From: a virus
Length of the DNA stretch: 64,000 nt
Reading direction: 5' to 3' (one strand)
Virus record (IMG/VR): IMGVR_UViG_3300044611_002466
Location: 1 to 64,000 of that record
Below the pieces are notes generated by a model. The model saw nothing but the letters and a program-made list of their open reading frames with translations. It was not told the DNA's origin and did not search any database. The position numbers and the translations under genes are program-made. This document shows, piece after piece, positions 20,101 to 27,946 of this stretch; the stretch's first letter is position 1, and each line of letters opens with the position of its first letter.

Positions 20101-23067
20101 GGCACCACTGCCGAGCGCGCGATGCAGATGATGCACGATGGGAAGCTCAAGCCGACCGACGTGATCCTCATCGACGGTAAGAAGACGACGGCGGGGCGGC
20201 TGTCGCTTGCCGCGCTCCTACCCGCCGCGATGCAGGGGAATGAGAAGCTCCTGCACGACTCGGCCTTCCGCCTCAACAAGGATGGGGTCGAGAAGATGCT
20301 CTCCACGGTGGCGCGGGACCACGACAAGGGCTTCGCCACCACAGTCGACGGGTGGAAGGATCTCGGGAACCACCTGTCCTACCTGAACGGCAGCTCCTTC
20401 TCCATCAACGACTTCCACGACGGCGTCGCCATGCGCGACCGCATCCTCGCGCCCTACGCTGCGCAGGAGAAGGCGCTCCACAACACCGCCATGTCGCCGA
20501 GGAGGCGGGACCAGAAGATCGTCGAGCTCTATCAGGGTGCGCAGGCGGAGCTGAAGCGCGTGGGCAAGGCCAAGTACGACGCGGGCGGCAACCGTGTCTG
20601 GGAATGGGCGGAGTCCGGCGCACGCGGCAACTGGAACCAGTTCGCCCAGCTGACGCTGGCGCCCGTCCTCGTCGAAGACTTCGCGCGGCGCACCGTTCCC
20701 ATCCCGATCACCAAGTCCTTCGGAGAGGGCCTCTCGGTGTCCGAGTACTGGGCGTCGATGCACGGCGCCCGCAAGGGCACCCTCGACCGCGCCCAGGGGA
20801 CGCGCGAGCCTGGCGCAGTCCAGAAGGACATCGTCAACACGACCATGGGGATCCAGGTCACCGCAGAAGACTGCGGGGCCACCGAAGGCAAGAAGATGGC
20901 GGTCGGACACAACGACATCGTCGGCAGGTTCCTCGCCCATGCAGTGAAGCTCGGGACCGTCGACGTCCACGCCGGCGAGCTCATCACGCCGGCCCTGGTC
21001 TCCCAAGCCCGGAATGCTGGCGTCGCGGAACTCGTGGTGCGCTCGCCGCTCTTCTGCAGAATGGGCAAGGGGGTGTGTGCGAAGTGCTACGGGCACAACG
21101 AACGCGGCGGCCTCCACGCAGTCGGCACGAACCTGGGCGTCATCGCAGGGCAGGCGCTCAGCGAGCCCATTACCCAGCTCGCGATGAAGTGCAGCGAAGG
21201 GGTGATCACGGACGGCGCTGGCGTGACCTGGGCCTTCGAGGACTACTTCGAGGCACACGGGCTCGAGGTGCCGGCGGCCGGAGAGGTGCGCACGAAGTCC
21301 ATAGTCGCGATGCTGCGCGACGGTCCCGCGCCCGCTGTGGTTGCGACGCGTCTGCAGTCGCATCTGCCGGACGACGAGATGGTCTTCATCAAGACACGCT
21401 CCGGGCACGTGATGGCGGTCCAGAAGAACCACCCGCTCTGGGTCTACGACGCCAACGGCAATGCCTTCGTGAAGGCGGCTGGCGCCCTCGAGCCCCGTGT
21501 CGACCGCTTGCGCGTGGACCGGGTCGCGATCGAGCGGCCGACGTGCGCCATGGCCCCGCTCGACCCGTACGCGATTGGGTTCTTCCTCGCCGAGGGGAGC
21601 ACTCGCTACGGCAACGGCACCCCGCGCTACGACGGTGTTGCGGTCGCGTCGGTCTTCTCCCAGCACGAGTCGTTCCAGAAGCATGAGCTCGTCACGCGCC
21701 TCCGCGCCATCAACGGGATCGGCACGGTCTCGTCTCACGAGAAGTGCGTCGAGGTCTACGACCCGGCGTTCGCAGCGTTAATGGCCAGCGTGGTCCGCGG
21801 GCGCAGCAGCTACACGAAGCGCCTGCAGCCGGGCTTCAATCTCTGGTACGAAGAGGAGCTGGTCCGCCTGCTCGCTGGCTGGATCGACGGCGACGGGACC
21901 GTGTTTGAGTCGAGCGGGGTGACCGTCGCCAAGATCTACACGTCCAGCTTCGTCGCCCTGCAGCAGCTCGAGATCATCTGTGCCAGGCTCAGGATCCGCT
22001 GCAGTGCCGGGTACGTCAGCCGCCCCGACGAGACCGTGAAGGTGAAGAGCCGACACGCCAACTTCTTCGCGGAGCTGCGGTTCAACGAGGACTCTCGTTG
22101 GGACGTCGGCAGCTGGTCCCTGCGCATGCGCGCGAAGGGCGAGGTGAAGTTCGCGAAGCACCGCTTCATCGACCACGACCTGGATCCGGTGCGGAAGGTC
22201 CAGGTCATGCCGAAGTGGATCACCCCGGTGTGGGACGTGAAGACGTCCTCGCAGGGATTCACGTGCGGCATGCTGCGCAACCACAACACCTTTCACACGG
22301 GAGGGGTCTCGAGTGCGGGGCAGTCCAGCGCCGTGGACTCGTTCAAGCGTGTGAAGCAGCTCTTCATGGTCCCCGGCAAGCTGCCAGACAAGGCGACCAT
22401 CGCCACGGTCGGCGGTACGATCGGGAAGATCGTCACCGACGCCCGCGGTGGCCTCACCGTCGACATCGAGGGCAAGGCCCATCGCGTCATCACAGGGCAC
22501 CTCCTCGACGGCATCAAGACCGGCGCAGTGGTGCACCGCGGTGACCCGATCTCCACGGGCCCCCTCGACCCGCACGAGCTCCTGGAGCACACCAAGAGCA
22601 TCGGGCGTACGCGGAACTACATCACGGACGAGGCCACCGCGGCGTACCAGGGCACCGTCCGCCAGCGGAACGTGGAGATGGTGGTGCGCGGGATGACCAA
22701 CCTCACGGAGGTCCACAACGCTCCTCCCGGCAGCCCGTGGCACCAGGGCGACCTGGCCCCGCTCTCCGCGGTGGACGAGCACAACGCCAACGCGACAGCG
22801 GAAGGACACGAGGTCATCTCGCACACGCCTACGCTGCGCGCGATGACGCTCGTTCCCCTGTCCGGGACCGAGGACTGGATGGCGCGGCTGAACTACCAGC
22901 GCCTCAAGGACACCTACACGGAAGGTGCTGCCCAGGGCTGGAAGTCCAACATCCACGACCATCCGATCCCCGGCCTTGCCCACGGCGCCGAGTTCGGGCT
23001 ACGTCCCCCCACGGCCCGCACACCGCCGCCAGCCACCGGGCGCACGACTGCACCAGCGCGAAGGTAG
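14161..23067 (+). CDS. rpoBC: Single-chain DNA-directed RNA polymerase beta-beta' fusion with two inteins
   Basis: beta motifs QTNPL, PIQTPEG, LIPFL, FEDGIVVSE, GDKLSGRHGNKG, NPAGVPSRMNVGQ, KLHH, GGQK; beta' motifs LPVLPP, RQDLSGRSTI, RDPSLH, NADFDGD, CRMGKGVCAKC, EPITQLAMK/TFH. GGAG RBS favours ATG 14161. Confidence 0.95.
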   Translation: MPNLNPEAAFESLKGQVAATIKAQFPFEGAVRRLELVDVVFEEKSGNAGDPHHIDNLDEQLKARTTGMTWGVPVRGRLRLVDKASGHLIEEASVTLAKLPKITRRYSYLIDGQERQHDSVFRSKSRAYHRIASNGDVQARWNLARGHGFDLTYDPVKGRMIMTIGDSNIPLYSVLHILNVGDASMERAWGPEVFRDNQKAAKLGDVDKIYTALRLRMADRSSGTPAQRAEKIREYFATETEVLPDAMKAAFGREYSSVNGENLLLSSTRLLDIQKGRSKEDPPAHELPDDRQALSAKYLATTEDFVIEALRSHEASLRKQVQDRIDKPEYSISDIMSPNSYGRVVLAPFQHAQRPEQTNPLQFLSGYMRTTIRGKEFGGVGGEKINLDVEKELNPTHLGFIDPIQTPEGEDTGIALNLPLGISVTRATARPGSKSRGSPGQEIRTKVYDVKARQTVLATPAELEHAVVAYPDQVRWTGGHPAPIANEVVCYDEQRKTSKRPWEKVRYVLPSAKALLSFSANLIPFLQNNNGNRAMMAAKQQEQALALVRREAPLVQVKTDGVNTFEQVVGSFVTHTAPAAGVVKRVEPGAVHLQTEEGLVRIPMYNHFPLNGGKNSLHSIPVVKAGQAVQKGELLADSNYTKDGALALGSNLRVAYVPWKGLTFEDGIVVSESAAKRMSSDHMHALEVTVYASMIGATEGSLSRWRDYATPQRSTPEHISNLDARGIVREGAVVHSGDVLVAILSPRQSSESDQAAGLIHKTLARSYRDSSLVWDHDYSGKVVRVLVSEAMNRKHITVHVTTEQPLVVGDKLSGRHGNKGIISRIVQDHEMPHTADGVPADLLLNPAGVPSRMNVGQVLETAASKIAEKTGKPYIVENFVPGVDYSAKVTAEMQKHGLSDTEEMFDPVTKRSIGQIMVGKQYMLKLHHQVEKKATARSMESGYTHTGEAPKGSGIPGGGQKMDMLTTYAMLAHGANHNLREAYTFKSDGDQNAAWAAVITGNPLPPPQPTRGMSHFQNYLRALGVNVEKRKDDYQLSPLTDMHLLGDAKRGLRGISNGEIKLPEKLSVARGARTVEEHGGLFDPRVTGGLQGKFWSHVELAERMPSPLFEPAIQTLTGLTKKQFDAMVGEKGLVDGKSGFHTIIERLGAINVDEELKKAQAEVGKSGRATLNRAMKKVRYLEALKANGLTPLEAYTNKYLPVLPPSVRRVSVGLDGTQVVDDRNPLYLGVGHANGILKEAKPSTPHEDLQKARASLYSSIRSLRMTGMTTSPGSGKPRHMQGLMELLSGKTEDHGAPKESFFQEGVLARRQDLSGRSTIVPEPALGLDQVGVPRQIAMEMYKPFVVRELVRGGKTPIEALKWAKEKKDHPQVMDALERAVAERPVFLKRDPSLHKFSIMAFHPKIVEGSAIKIHPLVTGGFNADFDGDCYYGQVLVDTEEGVDYHEGMPHYLRVPGQKVIHIRDFPRIESTRVEKASGVVEYDVPAGVRVPACFRDGNRPCIESFEVTKFSEHPDCEEWVVKTRAGRELLVSEDHSLALLDPETLEVSKAPAREAVGQCLPTMFRSDDGEAAVYDLREYRGPKSNPLLDVVEVGREVAWMLGVLVGDGWVTQKTPAVATVSLSFGDDGADVAVAWEAAASRIADGAVGYTELPHEFEGKNYTSHRLTLSNTGFAKWIAPMIGHSARGKHLPEGYLHWNRESRRGLFCGLLDTDGSVNWAASGRFSCSFTTTSQRLAEEVRLLGLTLGLAATFTEFENRDQPAYILTFSVSQVQEARWLKLVSARKQAALSKLHNGTRRARGHTDFVPLPPRAREELLDLLRQVGATRRAPNKNKPAFSLYVVLKRGEPTLSREAYESLWSVLDPTLDYSEYLKRWVSVCNAPVSWDLVESAEFTGKRRTMYDITVPGAWTFATADGAIVWDTMALYVPVSAEAVEEAHKMLPSKNLFSPTHFGLLPVPGQDSLLGIFQATKWGTEVKVPEGTTAERAMQMMHDGKLKPTDVILIDGKKTTAGRLSLAALLPAAMQGNEKLLHDSAFRLNKDGVEKMLSTVARDHDKGFATTVDGWKDLGNHLSYLNGSSFSINDFHDGVAMRDRILAPYAAQEKALHNTAMSPRRRDQKIVELYQGAQAELKRVGKAKYDAGGNRVWEWAESGARGNWNQFAQLTLAPVLVEDFARRTVPIPITKSFGEGLSVSEYWASMHGARKGTLDRAQGTREPGAVQKDIVNTTMGIQVTAEDCGATEGKKMAVGHNDIVGRFLAHAVKLGTVDVHAGELITPALVSQARNAGVAELVVRSPLFCRMGKGVCAKCYGHNERGGLHAVGTNLGVIAGQALSEPITQLAMKCSEGVITDGAGVTWAFEDYFEAHGLEVPAAGEVRTKSIVAMLRDGPAPAVVATRLQSHLPDDEMVFIKTRSGHVMAVQKNHPLWVYDANGNAFVKAAGALEPRVDRLRVDRVAIERPTCAMAPLDPYAIGFFLAEGSTRYGNGTPRYDGVAVASVFSQHESFQKHELVTRLRAINGIGTVSSHEKCVEVYDPAFAALMASVVRGRSSYTKRLQPGFNLWYEEELVRLLAGWIDGDGTVFESSGVTVAKIYTSSFVALQQLEIICARLRIRCSAGYVSRPDETVKVKSRHANFFAELRFNEDSRWDVGSWSLRMRAKGEVKFAKHRFIDHDLDPVRKVQVMPKWITPVWDVKTSSQGFTCGMLRNHNTFHTGGVSSAGQSSAVDSFKRVKQLFMVPGKLPDKATIATVGGTIGKIVTDARGGLTVDIEGKAHRVITGHLLDGIKTGAVVHRGDPISTGPLDPHELLEHTKSIGRTRNYITDEATAAYQGTVRQRNVEMVVRGMTNLTEVHNAPPGSPWHQGDLAPLSAVDEHNANATAEGHEVISHTPTLRAMTLVPLSGTEDWMARLNYQRLKDTYTEGAAQGWKSNIHDHPIPGLAHGAEFGLRPPTARTPPPATGRTTAPARR
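18445..19923 (+). mobile_element. Intein 1 with LAGLIDADG homing endonuclease (493 aa), C1...WD / T+1
   Basis: Interrupts NADFDGD|TMALYVP; begins CYYG; LGVLVGDG and CGLLDTDG motifs; block F MYDITVPG..TF. Confidence 0.9.
21190..22287 (+). mobile_element. Intein 2 with LAGLIDADG homing endonuclease (366 aa), C1...HN / T+1
   Basis: Interrupts TQLAMK|TFHTGG; begins CSEG; GFFLAEG and AGWIDGDG; ends VWDVKT...NHN. Confidence 0.92.
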
Positions 23068-23073
23068 GTAGGC

Positions 23074-24246
23074 ATGCCGACTACGAAGCAGGGGACGCAC
23101 AACCTCCCCAGCAAGGGCAAGACCACCGGCAGCAACGCCAAGACCCCTGCACTCATCCAGATGGGCAGGATCACCGAGGTCGACCCCCTCAGGTGGACCT
23201 GCGTCATCAAGACGGAGGGCAGCTCCGACAGCTCCAGGACCTTTAGGGACGTCCCGCTCGGCGGCCTGTACCTGCACCCGCTCGGCGAGGGCATCTACGC
23301 GATGCCTGAGGCGGGCGCGCTCGTGTGGGTGTGCAAGCCGAGTGAGGGGGACGCGGCGGCGTTCATCGTCAACTACCGTCCCTACCCGAGGCGGGACACC
23401 CTCACCTCGACGGAGGCCAACAAGCCCGCCGCCCCTGGCAACCGCCCTCGCATGAGCCCCGGGGACTACGCATTCCTCGGACGGGACCAGAACGGGCTCT
23501 TCGTCCGCCGCGGACAGCTGACGGAGGTCTTCGGGGGACCGCTCGCGCGGACGCTCTACCAGGGGCGCACCGGGACGATCCACTCCTTCGCGCAGGCCCT
23601 GAAGCTCGACGTGTTCGGCGGCTCTGTGCGATGGAACGTCGACCGTCCTGAGCTCGACCCCGACGGCCACCAGGGGACGCGGCTGGATCTGAAGGCGAAG
23701 GAGTTCGCCGACGACCGCTCCTACGCCCTACGTGTCAGGGCCGGAAAGCTCGACGCGAGCGCCCCCATCCAAGACCCAGTCCTTCAGCTGCAGGTCTTCA
23801 CGGATGGGGACGTGGCGGAGGAGAGCCTCGCCCAGGCGCTGTCTCTCACGGCGAACAAGGCCGGAGAGGTCGCGCTCTCCACGACGGGCAGCGTGCTGGT
23901 CGACGTTACAGCGGGCGGGGTGAGCGTGGCCTCCGTACGCGTCTCCAAGGACGGCGCGGTCGAGGTCACGGCAGCGAACGCGGTCACCGTGCGCGGCAGC
24001 GCGGTGACTCTTGCCGCCGGCAGCGCCCAGCTGAGTGTCACCGCGGCCGGTGTCTCCGCGGGGGCTTCCGCCGGCGACAAGCACAAGGTCTTGAAGGACC
24101 TGTCGTTCAGCACGGACACCGCAGCAGCCTGGGCGGAGGTGGCAGCGCTCTGCTCCGCGCTCGGCCTCCCGAGCACGAACATCGTCAAGCACATCGCCGC
24201 TCTGAACGCCGGAACGTACACAGCGTCGGCTCTGGAGACCGAGTAG
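23074..24246 (+). CDS. Putative baseplate central spike (gp5/gpV-like)
   Basis: N-terminal OB-like GRITEVDP...PEAGALVWV; C-terminal V/T/A beta-repeat segment. Confidence 0.6.
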   Translation: MPTTKQGTHNLPSKGKTTGSNAKTPALIQMGRITEVDPLRWTCVIKTEGSSDSSRTFRDVPLGGLYLHPLGEGIYAMPEAGALVWVCKPSEGDAAAFIVNYRPYPRRDTLTSTEANKPAAPGNRPRMSPGDYAFLGRDQNGLFVRRGQLTEVFGGPLARTLYQGRTGTIHSFAQALKLDVFGGSVRWNVDRPELDPDGHQGTRLDLKAKEFADDRSYALRVRAGKLDASAPIQDPVLQLQVFTDGDVAEESLAQALSLTANKAGEVALSTTGSVLVDVTAGGVSVASVRVSKDGAVEVTAANAVTVRGSAVTLAAGSAQLSVTAAGVSAGASAGDKHKVLKDLSFSTDTAAAWAEVAALCSALGLPSTNIVKHIAALNAGTYTASALETE

Positions 24247-24762
24247 ATGCCCGTACAGCCCCACCTCCCAGACATCCGGGCGCGCATCTCGCGGCGGCTC
24301 AACCCGGAACGGCTGGCACGGGACGGGCTCCCTGAGCTCCTTGCGCAGGCTCTCTACGACGAGCTCACGACGAACCCGGGGCCCCAGGGACCTGCCGGCC
24401 CTACGGGAGCCGCCGGTCCGCAGGGAGCGGCAGGTCCTCAAGGCACGACAGGCCTCCAGGGCCCCCAGGGATCTCCGGGGAGTGCCGACCCCGCGCTCGA
24501 GATGGAGCTTGCATTCAAGGCCAGCAACGCGAGCAACTACAGGACCGCCTCCTACGACGAGCAGGGACAGCTCGTGGCGCTGGACATCTGGACATCGGCA
24601 GAGCTGACAGTCCAGCTCTTCAGCCGCAGCTTGACCTACACGGATGGCCGGCTTGTGACGTCGACCCTTGTGCGCACCTCGGACGGGGCCACCTTGACGC
24701 GCTCCTTCGAGTACACGGAAGACGGGGTGTGGAGCGGGGCGACCACGGTGTATACACCATGA
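24247..24762 (+). CDS. Collagen-like repeat protein
   Basis: About 12 consecutive G-x-y triplets (GPQGPAGPTGAAGPQ...) then YD-like beta-hairpins. Confidence 0.75.
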   Translation: MPVQPHLPDIRARISRRLNPERLARDGLPELLAQALYDELTTNPGPQGPAGPTGAAGPQGAAGPQGTTGLQGPQGSPGSADPALEMELAFKASNASNYRTASYDEQGQLVALDIWTSAELTVQLFSRSLTYTDGRLVTSTLVRTSDGATLTRSFEYTEDGVWSGATTVYTP

Positions 24763-24786
24763 CCTCCACGAGTTGAGGAGACACAC

Positions 24787-27700
24787 GTGGCGACCTTCGC
24801 GGTAAACGGCGGTGGAACAACCTTTTGGCACGACGCCGTCTACTCCACGCGTGCGGGTGGCGACACGTACAACCTGTCGCTGGGCTCGGTCTTGGTCGTG
24901 GATGGCGACTGTCGCTTCGGTCCCAACACGAGCGAGGCCGTAGGGCCCCCGTTGAACATCTCCATCGCGGCAGAGAGCGGTGGTGAGTTCCTGGTTGACG
25001 GGCGCGGCGTACGTCTCATCCCGTACGTGTCCGGGAGCGGAAACGTCCCAGCCGGGGGCACTGCGATCACGCAGGGGGCCGTCACGGGCTCGCTGCTTGG
25101 TGTGTGGAGCTCGATCAACACGGTCCCCACGGCCGCCGGCGCGTCGATGCCCGCGACGGGGTTCATCAAGGTCCGCCAAGTCAGCGGGGGCTCCTCCAGG
25201 TACGGAGGAGGGGCGCTCGGCGGCATCGCTGCGACTGCCGTGGGGGACACGGGGGCGTCGCTTACGCTCACGGTCGCGGCGTCCGGCAAGACGTTCACCC
25301 GCAGCGCTGGCAGCTTCATCTCGGACGGAATCAAGCTGGGCGACACGGTGGTCGTCAGCGGCTGCGTCAACGCGGGCAACAACGGCTCGTTCGTGGTGAC
25401 GGTGATCACCTCAACGGTGCTCACGTGCGCAGCGGCCGCCGGCTTGGTGGACGAGGTCGTCGGAGGGAGCGGGAGGGTGCTCTCCCAGACTTCGGACATC
25501 GCGGGGTGGATCGACTTCTCGTGTACTGACGCCGGCGCGATGACGGTACGCCGACTCGGGAAGCTCACGACTCGAGGGACTTGGTTCGACTTGGGGCTGA
25601 CCAGCGGGTCGAGAAATCAAACCCTGCCTCTGCCGACATCCGGGCAGACGGCATTTTGGATCAGCGGGGTCTGGATCGAGACCGCTCCCGAGAGCGGCGC
25701 GTTCGAGTACTGGCCCTGCCTGACCACGAACACCGGCGGAGGGTGGTCGACGGCCGCCCAGGGCACCGACGAGCGCTCTCGGGCGGTCATGTGCGATGCG
25801 GCGAACCAAGTCATCCGTATCGGGGCAGACGCGGCGGCAACAAGCATCGGCGAGCTGCCGTCCGCCGGGCGCCGTGTCGTGGTCCCCAACGTGTTCCTGA
25901 TGACGAACACCTCGGCCGCCAAGGCAGCAGCCTCCCTGCCGTCGTCGACCCTCGCTGCGCGCTTCGAGCTCATCACGACCGGCGCCGCCGTGATCGACAT
26001 GGAGTACGCAGAGTGCAACTGGTGCTGCGCGGTCTCGGCGACCAGCTTCACGCAATGCTACTCCTGCACGTTCACAAACGTCTCATTCGGGGACGCAGTG
26101 TTCTTGGGCGAGTGCGCGACGCCGGTGATCTGGAATGGCGGCGGGGTTAGCCCGGTCAACCCACTGGATCTCCCCGCGCTGACGTGCACCTCGTTGTACT
26201 ACGGGGGTGTGTTCACCGATTGTAAGTTCTGGCGTGGGGGCACCATCGGGGCTGCCGACTACTCCGTCAGTCTCACGTCCTGCACGGACGTCACGTTCGT
26301 TCGATGTCGCATAGGGCAGGCAACACTGGCATCGAATGCAACCAGCTACGCCTTGAGCGTCAACTCGTGCGTACGTTCGACGTTCACGTCGTGCTGGCTG
26401 ACGATGGGGGCCCTGCTTACCACCTCGAGTGCGACGTCGTGGACGACCACCACGTACCTCAATCGACATATCGGGACGACGGCCACGACTCCGTCGATCC
26501 ACTGCTTCACCCTTACGTCTCGCTGCTCCGACACGTTCATAGATGGGCTTGATTTTGGCGGGTTCACGAACGTACACCCGTACCCGGGTCTGCTCAGTGT
26601 GACAGCGAGCGATCAAACCGAGTTGCGGAATGTGGGCACAGCAGCCAGTCCACTGTCGCTCGGTAGCGCCAATCAGACGGGCGTTCTCGTAGCCTCCGGA
26701 GGCGGTTGCGACGGGATCATCCTGAAGCGGGTCTACACGCTGAACACGAGAACCGGACTCTACACCACGACGAGCTCCGACAAGGCTGTTGTACTTCAAA
26801 ACGTCTGGGGCGACGCAGCAGACAATCTTGGCGCCCAGTGGATCAACTGCATCCACAAGGGCTGTCGTGGGTTTGGAACTCCGGTGGTCGCGTACACGGA
26901 TGTGTACGATAACATCTTCTTCGACGTGTTCAACGCGTCGACGACTGGGAAGGTAGGGCTGTTCTTCAACGAGGCGACTGCGCGTGGGTACGCGGAGTAC
27001 GTCACCTTGGAGGGCACCGCGCGGTTCACGTCGACCGGGTCGATCTACATGCCGACCGCGGGGGACGCCGCCACCTTCGAGTGGCCGCACTACATCCTCG
27101 GCTTCACCGGCTTCTCGGCGGTAGAGAGCACACTGACCGGAGGTACCTCGGTCAGCACGCGCATGCGCGTGCAGTATCAACTCGACACGAACGGCGGCGC
27201 CGGGTACGGCACGCTCCAGAACCTGCTCTACAATCGACCGGGAGGAGGAGGTACCAACGGACAGTCCACGATCACGATGACCAGCACATCCGAGGTGGCT
27301 GTGGGGGATTACGTGTTCGGGACGAATGTCGGAACTGGAGCCCGCGTCACCGCCGTTAATAACGGAACAACGATCACGGTGAACGTCAGCAACAGCGGCA
27401 CCGTTTCCGGTACTCTAAGATTCAGCCACCTGCCGTATGAGACAGGCATCAGTGCGTCGGCGGGGTTCAGGCTAAAGGTGAAGATCAGTTGCGAGACAAC
27501 TGACGTTGTGAACAACAACATCAGCCTGTTTCATCTGCAGGGAAGCACGACAGATGACGCGGACGGCAACCAGCAGGCGTACCCGCTCGACGTGGTCGAC
27601 GTGGTGCTGTCTAATATCGTGGTCGGAAGCCGCTACTCGATCCTTCGGGCCGATGGAACGACTCTGCTGGCGTCCGGCACCGCCACAGGTACGACGGAGA

Positions 27701-27864
27701 CCGTCCCCGTGGAGTACCCCGGCGTGGCAGAGAACCTCGTGGTCCGCGCGCGAAAGTCGTCCTCCTCGACGAAGTACCTCCCCTTCGAGACCAGGGCTCC
27801 CGTGACCCGTACAGGCGGCGCCGCGGCCTTCATCCTGCAAGTCCTGGACACCCTGGCCGCGTAG
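24787..27864 (+). CDS. Tail fibre/spike-like protein with probable beta-helix region
   Basis: 1025 aa, T/S/G-rich; repeated FTxCx strands; GAGGAG RBS before GTG. Confidence 0.65.
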   Translation: MATFAVNGGGTTFWHDAVYSTRAGGDTYNLSLGSVLVVDGDCRFGPNTSEAVGPPLNISIAAESGGEFLVDGRGVRLIPYVSGSGNVPAGGTAITQGAVTGSLLGVWSSINTVPTAAGASMPATGFIKVRQVSGGSSRYGGGALGGIAATAVGDTGASLTLTVAASGKTFTRSAGSFISDGIKLGDTVVVSGCVNAGNNGSFVVTVITSTVLTCAAAAGLVDEVVGGSGRVLSQTSDIAGWIDFSCTDAGAMTVRRLGKLTTRGTWFDLGLTSGSRNQTLPLPTSGQTAFWISGVWIETAPESGAFEYWPCLTTNTGGGWSTAAQGTDERSRAVMCDAANQVIRIGADAAATSIGELPSAGRRVVVPNVFLMTNTSAAKAAASLPSSTLAARFELITTGAAVIDMEYAECNWCCAVSATSFTQCYSCTFTNVSFGDAVFLGECATPVIWNGGGVSPVNPLDLPALTCTSLYYGGVFTDCKFWRGGTIGAADYSVSLTSCTDVTFVRCRIGQATLASNATSYALSVNSCVRSTFTSCWLTMGALLTTSSATSWTTTTYLNRHIGTTATTPSIHCFTLTSRCSDTFIDGLDFGGFTNVHPYPGLLSVTASDQTELRNVGTAASPLSLGSANQTGVLVASGGGCDGIILKRVYTLNTRTGLYTTTSSDKAVVLQNVWGDAADNLGAQWINCIHKGCRGFGTPVVAYTDVYDNIFFDVFNASTTGKVGLFFNEATARGYAEYVTLEGTARFTSTGSIYMPTAGDAATFEWPHYILGFTGFSAVESTLTGGTSVSTRMRVQYQLDTNGGAGYGTLQNLLYNRPGGGGTNGQSTITMTSTSEVAVGDYVFGTNVGTGARVTAVNNGTTITVNVSNSGTVSGTLRFSHLPYETGISASAGFRLKVKISCETTDVVNNNISLFHLQGSTTDDADGNQQAYPLDVVDVVLSNIVVGSRYSILRADGTTLLASGTATGTTETVPVEYPGVAENLVVRARKSSSSTKYLPFETRAPVTRTGGAAAFILQVLDTLAA

Positions 27865-27901
27865 GCACATCGCGCGGCTCGCCCACGCCCGTACGTCGGA
27901 G

Positions 27902-27907
27902 TATAGT
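27902..27907 (+). promoter_or_regulatory. -10-like element TATAGT
   Basis: Intergenic, 40 nt upstream of ATG 27947; similar hexamers precede other plus-strand units. Confidence 0.4.
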
Positions 27908-27946
27908 CAGCGGGTCCCGTCCAGCGAGCCCCCACCGGAGAACAAG

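Noticed and set aside
14161-23067. K-x-A occurrences in RNAP and sheath (e.g. SKIAE, AKAAA)
   Set aside because: Sparse, at about chance frequency, and inside conserved domains; not counted as processing sites
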